Part shown: piece after piece, positions 1 to 9,685 of the stretch
Layout: each line of letters opens with the position of its first letter
Position numbering within the stretch: position 1 is the stretch's first letter
Assembly (NCBI GenBank): GCA_035519555.1
Contig: DATIWG010000004.1
Coordinates: 6,037 to 70,036, forward strand
Length of the DNA stretch: 64,000 nt
Direction: 5' to 3'
Origin: Nitrosotalea sp.
Lineage (GTDB): Bacteria > Methylomirabilota > Methylomirabilia > Rokubacteriales > CSP1-6
The notes under the pieces: generated by a model
Seen by the model: only the letters and a program-made list of their open reading frames with translations
The model's database searches: none
What the model was told of the DNA's origin: nothing
Position numbers and translations under genes: made by a program

Positions 1-258
1 CAGGCCCCGATCCGCGAGCTGTTCCACCGTCCGGCGCACCCGTACACGGCCGGGCTGATGCAGGCCACCGTTCGCCGCGGCCAGAAAGGGCGCGCACTCG
101 TCCCGATCGCGGGTGCGCCGCCGAACCTCGTCGCCCTGCCGGCCGGCTGCGCGTTCGCGCCGCGCTGCCCGGTCGCGCTCGACGTATGCACGACCACCGC
201 GCCGTCGTTCCACCCCGTGGCCCCCGGGCATACCGCCCGCTGCCACCTCGTCGCCTAG
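1..258 (+). CDS. Oligopeptide/dipeptide ABC ATP-binding protein (DppD/OppD-like), C-terminal part; 5' end outside window
   Basis: Frame 1 is open from base 1: QAPIRELFHRPAHPYTAGLM...PPNL...GCAFAPRCP...C...ARCH, the HPYT motif and Cys-rich C-terminal extension of peptide ABC ATPases. Confidence 0.85.
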   Translation, partial: QAPIRELFHRPAHPYTAGLMQATVRRGQKGRALVPIAGAPPNLVALPAGCAFAPRCPVALDVCTTTAPSFHPVAPGHTARCHLVA

Positions 259-267
259 GAGGCTCTC

Positions 268-1863
268 ATGAGACGGATCGTCATCTTGCTCCTCGCCCTC
301 GCGCTGCCGCTCTCGCCGACCGGCCCGGTCTCGGCGCAGGGAACGCTCCGGATCGGCATGACCGCCAGTGACATCCCCTACACGGGCGGGCAGACCGACA
401 ACGGCTTCGAAGGGTTCCGGTTCGTCGGCTATCAGATCTACGAGCCGCTGATCGCGTGGGACCTCACCCGCGGCGATCGTCTGGCCCCGCTGGTTCCGGG
501 GCTCGCCGAGTCGTGGGAGGTGCGCAAGGACGCGCCGACCCGGTGGGTGTTCAAGCTGCGCAAGGGCGTCACCTTCCACGATGGCAGCCCGTTCAACGCG
601 GACGCGGTGGTCTTCTCGTTCGAGTCGATCAAGAAGAAGGACGCCCCCCACTTCGACGCGTACGGCTCCGGCCAGGTCTCCTTCCGGCTCGCCTCGATCA
701 TCGGCGTCACCAAGATCGACGATCACACGGTGGAGTTCGAGACGAACAAGCCCACCAGCTTCGTACCGTACCAGCTCTGCTACATGCTGATCGTGTCGCC
801 GACGCAGTGGCAGAAGGTCAAGGACTGGCGCAAGTTCGCCGAGCAGCCGTCCGGCACCGGGCCCTTCCGGGTGACCAAGTTCGTGCCCCGCGAGCGGCTC
901 GAGCTGGAGGCCAACAAAGCCTACTGGGACGCCAGGCGCCGGCCCAAGATCGACAAGCTCGTGCTGCTGCCGATGCCGGAGCCGACCACGCGGCTGGCCG
1001 CGCTGCGCAGCGGGCAGGTGGACTGGATCGAGGTGCCGCCGCCGGACGCGATCCCGCAGCTCAAGGCGGGCGGCTTCACGATCACCCTCAACAGCTATCC
1101 GCACAACTGGACGCACACGCTCCGGCTGGACAAGGAGCCCTGGAGCAACAAGCTCGTCCGCAAGGCGGCCAACTACGCGATCGACCGGGTCGGCATCTGC
1201 AAGAACCTGCTGAACGACACGTGCATCCCGGCCACCGGCGTGGTCTACAAGGGCCACCCCTGGTTCGGCAAGCCGAAGGAGACCTACGAGTACAACCCGG
1301 CGAAGGCGAAGGAGCTGCTGCGGCAGGCCGGATTCGACGCGAGCAAGCACCCCGCGAAGGCGGTGCAGCTGATCTCGACCTCCGGATCCGGTCAGATGCT
1401 GCCGCTGGCCATGAACGAGCTCATCCAGAAGAATCTCAAGGACGTCGGCATCGACATCGACCTGCAGCCGGTGGAATGGAACACCTTGCTCACGCGCTGG
1501 CGGGCCGGCTTCCACACCCCGGAGAACGAAGGCCTCAACGCCTGGAACATCTCGTGGAACTTCCTCGAGCCGTGGAGCGGGTTCGGCCGGTTCTTCCACA
1601 GCAAGGCGGTGGTGCCGGTCGCGGTCAACACCATGCCCTACATCAACCCGGAGGCGGACAAGCTCATCGACGAGGCGGAGCGGACCTTCGACGTCTCCAA
1701 GCAGAACGAGCTGCTCGCCCGGCTGCACGAGGTGATCGTCGACGACGCCCCGTGGATCTTCGTGGTGCACGACCTCAACCCGCGGGCCCTGTCCCCGAAG
1801 GTGAAGGGCTTCGTCCAGCCGCAGAGCTGGTTCGTCGATCTGACCGCGGTGACGGTGAGGTAG
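268..1863 (+). CDS. Family 5 peptide/nickel ABC substrate-binding protein
   Basis: Signal peptide; LAESWE, FKLRKGVTFHDGSPFNADAV and GTGPF motifs; GGAGG RBS upstream. Confidence 0.92.
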   Translation: MRRIVILLLALALPLSPTGPVSAQGTLRIGMTASDIPYTGGQTDNGFEGFRFVGYQIYEPLIAWDLTRGDRLAPLVPGLAESWEVRKDAPTRWVFKLRKGVTFHDGSPFNADAVVFSFESIKKKDAPHFDAYGSGQVSFRLASIIGVTKIDDHTVEFETNKPTSFVPYQLCYMLIVSPTQWQKVKDWRKFAEQPSGTGPFRVTKFVPRERLELEANKAYWDARRRPKIDKLVLLPMPEPTTRLAALRSGQVDWIEVPPPDAIPQLKAGGFTITLNSYPHNWTHTLRLDKEPWSNKLVRKAANYAIDRVGICKNLLNDTCIPATGVVYKGHPWFGKPKETYEYNPAKAKELLRQAGFDASKHPAKAVQLISTSGSGQMLPLAMNELIQKNLKDVGIDIDLQPVEWNTLLTRWRAGFHTPENEGLNAWNISWNFLEPWSGFGRFFHSKAVVPVAVNTMPYINPEADKLIDEAERTFDVSKQNELLARLHEVIVDDAPWIFVVHDLNPRALSPKVKGFVQPQSWFVDLTAVTVR

Positions 1864-1872
1864 CGCCGCCTC

Positions 1873-2811
1873 GTGTGGGTCTACGTCGGCCGGCGTCTCC
1901 TGCTCGCGATCCCGACCCTGCTCGGGGCCAGCATCATCGTGTTCGCGATGGTACATCTGGCCCCGGGCGATCCGATCGCAGCGGTGATGCCGGCCGAAGC
2001 CAGCAAGGCGGAGATCGAAGCCATCAAGCGCACGTACGGCTTCGACAAGCCGCTGCCGGTGCAGTACCTGATCTGGCTGGGCCGCGTGGTCCAGGGTGAT
2101 CTCGGCAAGTCGCTCGCCACCCGCCGCCCGGTGATCCTCGACGTGCGCGACGCGCTCGCCAACAGCCTGGTGCTGGCCCTGTCGTCCTCGGTGCTCGCGT
2201 TCGGGCTCGGGATCGCGCTCGGTCTCCTCGCCGCCTTCCGGCAGGGGCGGGTGCTCGACAAGCTGTCGAGCGCGATCGCGGTGGTCGGGGTGTCGGTGCC
2301 GCACTACTGGGCCGGGATCATTCTGATCATCGTCTTCTCGGTGCAGCTCAACTGGCTGCCCGCGATGGGCGCCGCGAATGATCCGGGAATCTGGGAGTAC
2401 CTGCGCCATATCGTCCTGCCCACGGTGGCGCTGGCCCTCATCCCGCTCGGCGTCATCACCCGCGTGGTGCGGTCGGCGGCGCTCGACGTCCTGAGCCAGG
2501 AGTTCGTGCTGGCCCTCCGCGCCAAGGGGCTGGTGTCGCGGCGGGTATTCAAGCACGTCTTCAAGAACTCCTTCCCGCAGATCCTCACCGTGCTCGGGTT
2601 GCAGTTCGGCTTCCAGCTCGGCGGCTCCGTGCTCGTGGAGGCCGTCTTCTCGTGGCCGGGCACCGGCTACCTGTTGAACCTGGCGATCTTCCAGCGGGAC
2701 ATCCCGGTCCTGCAGGGCGTGATCCTCGTGCTCGCCACGTTCTTCGTTCTGCTGAACCTCGCGGTCGACCTGGTGCAGACGATGATCGACCCGCGGATCG
2801 CGCGCCACTGA
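1873..2811 (+). CDS. Peptide ABC permease (DppB/OppB-like)
   Basis: GTG start; APGDP, GDLGKS, EAA-loop RAKGL, VEAVFSWPG, DPRI. Confidence 0.92.
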   Translation: MWVYVGRRLLLAIPTLLGASIIVFAMVHLAPGDPIAAVMPAEASKAEIEAIKRTYGFDKPLPVQYLIWLGRVVQGDLGKSLATRRPVILDVRDALANSLVLALSSSVLAFGLGIALGLLAAFRQGRVLDKLSSAIAVVGVSVPHYWAGIILIIVFSVQLNWLPAMGAANDPGIWEYLRHIVLPTVALALIPLGVITRVVRSAALDVLSQEFVLALRAKGLVSRRVFKHVFKNSFPQILTVLGLQFGFQLGGSVLVEAVFSWPGTGYLLNLAIFQRDIPVLQGVILVLATFFVLLNLAVDLVQTMIDPRIARH

Positions 2812-3698
2812 TGGCCGTCGCGACCGCGCTGGTCGAGGCTCCCGTGCTGGCCACGGCTCCCATGTCCTACTGGCGAACCGTGGCGTGGCGCCTCGGCCGC
2901 GATCGGACCACCCTGGTGGCGGGCAGCGTGCTGACGCTCATCGTGCTCTCCGCCGTGCTCGCGCCGTGGCTCGCGCCGTACCATCCGTCCGCGGGGTCGA
3001 TCCGGCTTCGGCTGGCCCCGGTCGGCGGTCCTGGACACATCCTCGGGACGGACGAGCAGGGGCGCGACATGCTGAGCCGGCTGCTCTGGGGCGGCCGCAT
3101 GACGCTGGTGGCCGGGCTCACCCCGGTGCTGGTGGCCTTCGTGCTCGGCTCCGGGCTCGGGGTGCTGGCCGGTTACGTCGGCGGCGTCACGAATACATTG
3201 ATCATGCGTACGATGGACATCTTCTACGCGTTCCCGGCCGTGCTGCTCGCGATCGCGATCTCCGGCGCGCTGGGTCCCGGGCTCGCGAACACGCTCATCT
3301 CGCTGTCGATCGTCTTCGTGCCGCGGGTGGTACGGGTGGCGGAGTCCGCCACCGTGCAGGTGACCGGGCTCGAGTACATCGCGGCGGCGCGGGCCAGCGG
3401 CGCCGGCGTCCGGGCCATCATCCGGCATCATCTGCTGGCCAACGTGCTCGGCCCCATCCTCGTGTTCTCGAGCACGCAGGTGTCGCTGTCGATCATCCTG
3501 GCCGCGGGTCTATCCTTCCTCGGCCTCGGCGTGACGCCGCCCGCGGCGGAGTGGGGGCTGATGCTGAACACCCTCCGCCAGTCGATCTACGTCAATGCGC
3601 TGGTGCCCGCGCTGCCCGGCCTCGCCATCTTCGTCACCTCGATGGCGTTCAACCTGCTCTCCGACGGCCTGCGCGACGCCATGGAGATCCGAGGATGA
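2811..3698 (+). CDS. Peptide ABC permease (DppC/OppC-like)
   Basis: ATG overlaps the upstream TGA; [46 protein letters not shown]. Confidence 0.92.
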   Translation: MAVATALVEAPVLATAPMSYWRTVAWRLGRDRTTLVAGSVLTLIVLSAVLAPWLAPYHPSAGSIRLRLAPVGGPGHILGTDEQGRDMLSRLLWGGRMTLVAGLTPVLVAFVLGSGLGVLAGYVGGVTNTLIMRTMDIFYAFPAVLLAIAISGALGPGLANTLISLSIVFVPRVVRVAESATVQVTGLEYIAAARASGAGVRAIIRHHLLANVLGPILVFSSTQVSLSIILAAGLSFLGLGVTPPAAEWGLMLNTLRQSIYVNALVPALPGLAIFVTSMAFNLLSDGLRDAMEIRG

Positions 3699-4684
3699 GC
3701 ACGCCGCTGCTGGAGGTGCTCGGTCTGCGCAAGCACTTCCCGCTGCGCGGGGGCGTGCTGCCGCGCACGCGGGCGTGGGTGCGGGCGGTGGACGGCGTCT
3801 CGTTCGACGTGGCGCCCGGCGAGACCCTCGGAATCGTGGGCGAGTCCGGATGCGGGAAGTCGACGCTCGCGCGACTGATCCTCCGCCTGATCGAGCCCGA
3901 CGCCGGCGTCGTGAGGTTCGACGGCGAGGACGTGCGCGCGGCCTCGCCGTCGCGCATGAAGCGGCTCCGCCGGGACATGCAGCTCGTCTTCCAGGATCCC
4001 TACGCCTCGCTGAATCCTCGGCTGACGATCGAGGCCACCGTCGCGTTCAGCCTGCTCGTGCACGGCACCCCGCGCGCGGAGGCGGCCGAGCGGGCGCGGG
4101 CGCTTCTGGGTCGGGTGGGCCTCGACCCCCGGCTGCACGGCCAGCGCTACGCCCACGAGCTGAGCGGCGGTCAGCGTCAGCGCGTGAACATCGCCCGCGC
4201 GCTCGTGCTGGATCCGAGATTGCTGGTGCTGGACGAGCCGGTGTCGGCGCTGGACAAGTCCGTGCAGGCCCAGGTGCTCAACCTGCTGCAGGACCTCAAG
4301 GCCGAGCGCGCGCTGACGTACGTGCTCATCTCGCACGACCTCAACGTCATCGAGTACGTGAGCGACCGGGTGCTCGTCATGTATCTCGGCGAGGTCGTGG
4401 AGACCGGGACCGCGGAGGCGCTCTCCCAGTCGCCGAAGCACCCCTACACGCAGGCGCTCTTTGCCTCCGCCCCCAGCATGGATCCCGACCGCCGCATGGA
4501 TCGGCTGCCGATCTCCGGCGATCCGCCGAACCCGATCGATCCGCCGTCCGGCTGCCGCTTCCGCACTCGGTGCCCGTTCGCGATGCCCCGCTGCGCGGAG
4601 GTGACGCCGCCGCTGATGCCGGTGGGGACCGCGCACGCGGTCGCGTGCTATCTGTACGAGGTGGAGCCCGCCCGGCTGGCGTGA
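3695..4684 (+). CDS. Peptide ABC ATP-binding protein (DppF/OppF-like)
   Basis: ATGA overlap with the permease; Walker [34 protein letters not shown]. Confidence 0.92.
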   Translation: MSTPLLEVLGLRKHFPLRGGVLPRTRAWVRAVDGVSFDVAPGETLGIVGESGCGKSTLARLILRLIEPDAGVVRFDGEDVRAASPSRMKRLRRDMQLVFQDPYASLNPRLTIEATVAFSLLVHGTPRAEAAERARALLGRVGLDPRLHGQRYAHELSGGQRQRVNIARALVLDPRLLVLDEPVSALDKSVQAQVLNLLQDLKAERALTYVLISHDLNVIEYVSDRVLVMYLGEVVETGTAEALSQSPKHPYTQALFASAPSMDPDRRMDRLPISGDPPNPIDPPSGCRFRTRCPFAMPRCAEVTPPLMPVGTAHAVACYLYEVEPARLA

Positions 4685-4698
4685 CCACGGAGTCTGCC

Positions 4699-4998
4699 AT
4701 GATCTCGCCCCTGGCCGGCAAGCCGGCCCCGAAGGCCAGGCTCGCGAAGCTCTCCCCCGAGGCCGTCCGGGCCTCCACGCTGGCGGGCGAGCCGATCACC
4801 GCCAAGCTCACGCGGGCTCCGAGTCGCAATGCGCCGATCGGCGGCCTGAAGGTGGTGGCCGCCAGCGGATGGTTCGCGGCGCGGCCCTCCGGCACCGAGA
4901 GCCTCTACAAGATCTACGCGGAGAGCTTCAGGAGCGAGAGTCACCCGGAGGCCCTCGTGAGCGAGGCCCAGGCGATGGTGAACAAATCCCTGGATTGA
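4699..4998 (+). pseudogene. pgm: Internally deleted phosphoglucomutase relic (N-terminal ~12 aa joined in frame to the C-terminal domain)
   Basis: [12 protein letters not shown] is joined directly to [11 protein letters not shown]...[14 protein letters not shown]...IGGLKV....[19 protein letters not shown], the C-terminal domain of Pgm. 99 aa against ~545 aa for a full Pgm; the catalytic Ser and metal loops are absent. Confidence 0.8.
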
Positions 4999-5043
4999 CC
5001 GACCGCGGCGCCTTGCGCGCTGGGCGGCGGCCCCGATTCGCCT

Positions 5044-5238
5044 TCAGTCGCGATACTCGATCGAGTCCGGGAGCTCGACCGGCGCCTCCTCCTTGGCTTC
5101 GATGCCGACGATCGTGAGCTCGAGGCTCGTCAGCCGGTCACCAAGCTCGCGGATCGCTGCGGCGATCTGCTCGTCGGTCAGGAGCAGCGGAGCCGTCGCC
5201 ACGGTCGCCTGGATCTTGATTCGCCTGAAGGTCGTCAT
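5044..5238 (-). CDS. Hypothetical protein (64 aa)
   Basis: ATG preceded by GGAGGG; MTTFRRIKIQATV...; no motif recognised. Confidence 0.45.
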   Translation of the reverse strand: MTTFRRIKIQATVATAPLLLTDEQIAAAIRELGDRLTSLELTIVGIEAKEEAPVELPDSIEYRD

Positions 5239-5450
5239 CCACCCCTCCGTGCGTGTTCGGTGTCCCCGGCACCTGTTCGTGACCCGAGTAGACATCTCTG
5301 GAGAGGCTCTTGTCCAGATGCCCTCCGCCGACTAAGCTCTCGCCACGGTCCGATCCGTCCCGTCCAAGGACCTCGGGGGGTGAAGTGTCCAGCTCGTCGG
5401 ACGGTGAAGCGCGCGTGCGGCTCGGACCTCGCCATCGGCGGCATGGGCCC

Positions 5451-5738
5451 GTGGTGGGGCTGGGGTTGCTCGCGCTCGTCCTGCTGTTCCTGTCCGGCCC
5501 GGCAGTCGCGCAGCCGAGCTCCGTCGCCAACGTGTGCACGACCGCGTTGGGCTGGTGCCTGCTACCGCCCGGGACCGTCGTCCCGCTCACCAGGCCGTGC
5601 CGGTGCTTCACGACGGCCGGCCAGCCCGTCGATGGCCGCACCCACTCGTTCGACTATTCGCAGGTTCAGCGGATCAATCCGAGTCCCTACTTGAACCCGC
5701 ATGCGCCCGCCCCTGCGCAGCCCGGCATCACCCGCTAG
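5451..5738 (+). CDS. Small secreted Cys-rich protein (start uncertain)
   Basis: Hydrophobic signal ending AVA-Q, then CTTALGWC...PCRC...G and a Pro-rich tail. Confidence 0.55.
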   Translation: MVGLGLLALVLLFLSGPAVAQPSSVANVCTTALGWCLLPPGTVVPLTRPCRCFTTAGQPVDGRTHSFDYSQVQRINPSPYLNPHAPAPAQPGITR

Positions 5739-5756
5739 CTTCGGAGACCCCGGTTC

Positions 5757-6899
5757 GTGGCACGGATCGAGCTGATCGACGTCTGCAAGACGCTCGACCC
5801 GCGGGCCGGCACCGCGTTTCCCCCGGGTCTCGTCCCCACCCCGAGTGGGGGCGGTCGCGCGGCGGCCTTCTCCATCCAGAATCTGAGCCTGACGATTCCG
5901 GATGGCGCGACCATGGTCATCCTGGGACCGAGCGGCTGCGGCAAGACCACGCTCCTGAAGATCATCGCCGGACTGATCCCACCGGATTCCGGGAGGGTGC
6001 GATACGACGGGGTAGACGTGAAGGATGTTCCGCCGGGTGAGCGGCGCATCGGGATGGTCTTTCAGAACTACGCCCTGTACCCGCACATGGTCTCGAGAGC
6101 GAATGTCCTGTCGTACTTCCTGTTCAAGAAGAAGACACCGGAGATGTCGGCGATGGCCCGCGCCAAGTATCAGCGGACCAGCGAGCTCATGGGGGTGGAG
6201 CTGGCACATCTTCTGGACCGCAAGCCGGGCACGCTCTCCGGGGGTGAGAAGCAGCGCGTGGCGCTCGGGCGGTGCATCACCAGAGATCCAGCCGTGTTCC
6301 TACTGGACGAGCCGTTCTCCAATCTCGACCAGGCGCTGCGGGAGAAATATCGGGTCAATCTCAAGGTCCTGCTGAGGCAGTTCGACATCTCCACCGTGTA
6401 CGTGACCCACGACCACCTCGAAGCGCTGATCCTCGCCGATTCACTGGCCATCATGGATCGGGGGCGCATCGAGCAAGTCGGGACCTACGAGGAGATCTAC
6501 CGGAACCCGCGGAACATCTTCGTGGCGGGCTTCCTGAACCGACATCTCGGCACGCCACCGATCGGCTTCCTCCCCGGCCGGCTCGTCGCTCAGGCTGAGC
6601 CGGCGGGGGACGTCGAGGTGGGCGTCCGTCCCGAGGATCTGGACGTGTCCAGGGACGCCGTTCCCGACGGTATCCCGGGGGTCATCGCGGACGCGCTGCG
6701 CCTGCCCATGATCAGCGCCACGATCTTCACCATCCGCGTGGGGGAGCGCGAGGTCTACGCTCAGACGGCCGGCGACGAGGGCCTGCGGGTCGGCGATCAG
6801 GTGGGGCTCCGTCTCAAGCGCTATCACGTGTTCGACCGGGAGTCGGGCAGCCGGCTGCAGACCTACGACGGGCTTGACCCGGTCGGCCGCCCGGACTAA
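5757..6899 (+). CDS. MalK-like carbohydrate ABC ATP-binding protein
   Basis: GPSGCGKT, VFQNYALYPHM, LSGGEKQRVALGR, LDEPFSNLD, YVTHD, C-terminal TOBE-like GVRPED. Confidence 0.9.
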   Translation: MARIELIDVCKTLDPRAGTAFPPGLVPTPSGGGRAAAFSIQNLSLTIPDGATMVILGPSGCGKTTLLKIIAGLIPPDSGRVRYDGVDVKDVPPGERRIGMVFQNYALYPHMVSRANVLSYFLFKKKTPEMSAMARAKYQRTSELMGVELAHLLDRKPGTLSGGEKQRVALGRCITRDPAVFLLDEPFSNLDQALREKYRVNLKVLLRQFDISTVYVTHDHLEALILADSLAIMDRGRIEQVGTYEEIYRNPRNIFVAGFLNRHLGTPPIGFLPGRLVAQAEPAGDVEVGVRPEDLDVSRDAVPDGIPGVIADALRLPMISATIFTIRVGEREVYAQTAGDEGLRVGDQVGLRLKRYHVFDRESGSRLQTYDGLDPVGRPD

Positions 6900-6968
6900 G
6901 CTCTCGCCACCGTCCGACCGGTTGGCCCGGCTGCCTGGTCCCGAGGGCATGCCCGGCAGGAGGATGTC

Positions 6969-7802
6969 ATGGCGATTCTGACGATCTCGCAGGAAATGGG
7001 CAGTGGCGGAGCCGAGATCGGCATGACCGTGGCGACCCGCCTCGGGTACACCTACGTTGACAACGAGGAGCTCCTCGGCCGGGCGCAGCGCTATGGCCTG
7101 GGGGAGGAACGCCTCGCTCGCCTGGTGGAAGACCGGCCCTCCTGGGTCGAGCGATTCGACGCCGAGACCCGCCGGTGCATCCTGGCCCTCCAGACGGTCC
7201 TGTACGAGTTCGCCCAGGCCGACAACGTGGTCCTGATGGGCGGCGGCGGACAGTGGCTGCTGCGCGGTGTCCCCCACGCGATCCGGACCAGGATCGTGGC
7301 GCCCTTCTCCGAGCGGGTGACCCGGCTGACCGCCACGCTGTCGGCCGAAGGGCGGGAGCGCGTGACGCCGAAGACGGTGGCCCAGTTCATCCGCCGGGAC
7401 GACATCCAGAAGACCGCCCGGATGCGCTATCTCTTCGACGTCGACCTCAAGGACCCCGGTCTCTACGACATCCACATCAACACCGCGGTCCTCTCCCGCG
7501 CAGCGGCGGTGCAGCTCCTCGCCGATGTGGCGCGGCAGGCCGAGTTCATCACGACGGATCCGGGCCGTCAGCTCGTGGCCGATCGGGCTCTCGCCTCCCA
7601 CGTGGAGGTCGCCCTCGCCGGCCATCACGATCTGCGCCGGCGCGCGATCAACGTGGAGTCCCGTCAGGGCGTGGTGACACTCGAGCTGTCGTCCGGAGCG
7701 GACCCAGACGTGGCCCTCGCCGTGGCCAAGGGCGTCCCAGGCGTCCAGAGCGTCACCCTGAGGACCGCGGAGATCCCGATCGTCTCGTCGTTTCCCGTCT
7801 AG
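6969..7802 (+). CDS. Cytidylate-kinase-like family protein with C-terminal BON-like domain
   Basis: ILTISQEMGSGGAEIG...LGYTYVD; MGGGGQWLL; YDIHINT; C-terminal ALASHVEVALA...INVESRQGVVTL. Confidence 0.8.
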   Translation: MAILTISQEMGSGGAEIGMTVATRLGYTYVDNEELLGRAQRYGLGEERLARLVEDRPSWVERFDAETRRCILALQTVLYEFAQADNVVLMGGGGQWLLRGVPHAIRTRIVAPFSERVTRLTATLSAEGRERVTPKTVAQFIRRDDIQKTARMRYLFDVDLKDPGLYDIHINTAVLSRAAAVQLLADVARQAEFITTDPGRQLVADRALASHVEVALAGHHDLRRRAINVESRQGVVTLELSSGADPDVALAVAKGVPGVQSVTLRTAEIPIVSSFPV

Positions 7803-7823
7803 GCGCCCGAGGCCCCGCGTCGC

Positions 7824-8696
7824 TTGAGCGGCTTCGATGAGCTGTGGGAGTCCGCGGTCGACGCGCTCCCAGGCCGGAGGGACGCGCTTCGCGATCGACT
7901 GCGCCCGGTGAGCTTCCCGGCCGCGCTCTCGATTCTCGCGGTGGGTCAGACGCGGTCGGCCGGGCCGGACGGCGACCTGCTCCAGCTCGTCTCCCGGCAG
8001 GCCGGAGGCGCCGACGGCGACCGACTTCAGCGAGCGCTCAAGCGCTTGTTCGTCACGCGCACGCCTCCCGGCAAGACCACCAGCGCCGATGTGCTCGGGC
8101 AAGCTCTGCAGGCCGCCGGCGGCATCGCGCGCCCGGGCGTGCCGGTGACCCCCACGGAAGCCCTGAAGGTGCTCGAGCTGCTCCGGACCGGCGAGTTCTT
8201 CGGCGACGTCGCCAGCACCACCAGCGCGGTGGTGCAGCTGACCCGGGAGCTGCCCCGGGCCCTGATCCGCGACATCCCGCGCACGCCGTTCACGCTGGCC
8301 GAGCTGGGCGGTGCGCTGGTCCGCGACGGCGTCGGCGCGATCGGCCACGTCGGCGACACCGTGCGCGATCTTCTCGACGGCCACCTCGATCGGCCACCGC
8401 ACACCATGAGCCACACGCTGCGCTGGCTCTACGGCAACGCCGGCGCGGCCGCGGTCGCGGAGGCGGTGCGTCGCATCATCGCGCCGGAGAACGAGACGGC
8501 CCGCCTGGCCATCCTCATCTATGCCCGCGCGAACGGGATCCCGCTTACGCCGGAAGGTCTCGACGCTCTCTACAACGGCCCTCTCAACACCGCGGATCCC
8601 GACCTCGGGCCGGCGCTGGCCGCCGGCGTCGATGCGCTGGCCGCCCGGCGCGGCGACCGCGGCGTGCTCACACTGCTCGGCAAGCTCCACCGCTGA
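7824..8696 (+). CDS. Hypothetical protein (290 aa)
   Basis: TTG start; codon pattern like neighbouring genes; fills the gap; no motif recognised. Confidence 0.6.
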   Translation: MSGFDELWESAVDALPGRRDALRDRLRPVSFPAALSILAVGQTRSAGPDGDLLQLVSRQAGGADGDRLQRALKRLFVTRTPPGKTTSADVLGQALQAAGGIARPGVPVTPTEALKVLELLRTGEFFGDVASTTSAVVQLTRELPRALIRDIPRTPFTLAELGGALVRDGVGAIGHVGDTVRDLLDGHLDRPPHTMSHTLRWLYGNAGAAAVAEAVRRIIAPENETARLAILIYARANGIPLTPEGLDALYNGPLNTADPDLGPALAAGVDALAARRGDRGVLTLLGKLHR

Positions 8697-8702
8697 CGGC
8701 CG

Positions 8703-9593
8703 TCACGCCTCCGGGGCCAGGGTGACGCGGGCCCGCAGCGTGTCGCCGGGCTCGAGGACGCGCATGCCGGTATCGGCGTGGCCCGCGGCGGCGAGGTTGA
8801 ACGCATCGGTCACGTGACTCACCGGCTCGACGCAGAAGAACGGGCGGCCGGGCGGGGTGAACACCACGACGCAGTCGAGCGGCGGCTCCGCCGTCATCGT
8901 CAGGCATGCGCCGTCCTCGGGCCAGTCGATCGCGACCCGGTGGGCCCAGCCCACGCAGCAGTTGTCGAGGGCGACCGCATTCACGCCGACACCCCGCCCG
9001 AGATCCGCGTCCGGCGACGGCGGCTCGAGAGAGGCCGGCATCAGCTCGTTGTCGGTCCGCCAGATGGCGCGGACGTCGGCGATGACCGTCGCGCGCGGAG
9101 TGCGGGGGAAATACGGGTGCCACCCGAGCCCGGCCGGCATGGCGGCCGGACTCAGGTTGATGAGCGCGAGCTCGACGAGCAGACGGTCCGGCGTCAGCTC
9201 GAAGTGCTGGGTGGCCCGGTACGCCCAGGGCCAGGCATCGGTGGGATGCTCGTACTCGAGCCGCGCTTCGGTCGCGGTCGTCTCGACTGGGCGCCAGACC
9301 GCCTGCCAGCCCTGGCCGTGGATGCTGTGGCGCTCCGGCGGGAAGTTGGGCGGCAGCTCGACGGTGCGCCCGCGAAACGAGAAGCGCCCGTCCCGGATCC
9401 GATTGGAGTAGGGAACCAGCGGGAAGGCGGCCGCCCCGCGGGCACTGCCGCTCTGGAGCGCTCCGGGCCGGGCCGGTTGCAGCCATTCGCGCGTCGCGCC
9501 CCCGCTCTCGCGCCAGTAGCGCGTGACCGCGCCGCCCGCGGCCGGCGCGAGCTGGAGCGAGGCCTCGCCCGCCCGCAACGTGATGAAGTCCAT
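8703..9593 (-). CDS. Aldose 1-epimerase (mutarotase) family protein
   Basis: FPLVPYSNRI.DG, HSIHG, GLGWHPYF, FCVEPVSH motifs. Confidence 0.88.
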   Translation of the reverse strand: MDFITLRAGEASLQLAPAAGGAVTRYWRESGGATREWLQPARPGALQSGSARGAAAFPLVPYSNRIRDGRFSFRGRTVELPPNFPPERHSIHGQGWQAVWRPVETTATEARLEYEHPTDAWPWAYRATQHFELTPDRLLVELALINLSPAAMPAGLGWHPYFPRTPRATVIADVRAIWRTDNELMPASLEPPSPDADLGRGVGVNAVALDNCCVGWAHRVAIDWPEDGACLTMTAEPPLDCVVVFTPPGRPFFCVEPVSHVTDAFNLAAAGHADTGMRVLEPGDTLRARVTLAPEA

Positions 9594-9685
9594 CGCCCAC
9601 GCCCGAGCCTAGCATGAGCACGCGCCGACCTGTGCTAGCGTGGGCGCGCGGTCAACCCGGAGTCGGCGCGGAGGCGCTCGTGACC

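Noticed and set aside
6441-8690. 749-aa minus-strand ORF and the many other long Arg/Pro/Gly-rich alternative-frame ORFs (e.g. 36606-39350 5' part, 48656-50614, 32225-34450 5' part)
   Set aside because: They overlap genes with clear motifs and have the low-information composition expected of shadow frames at high GC.
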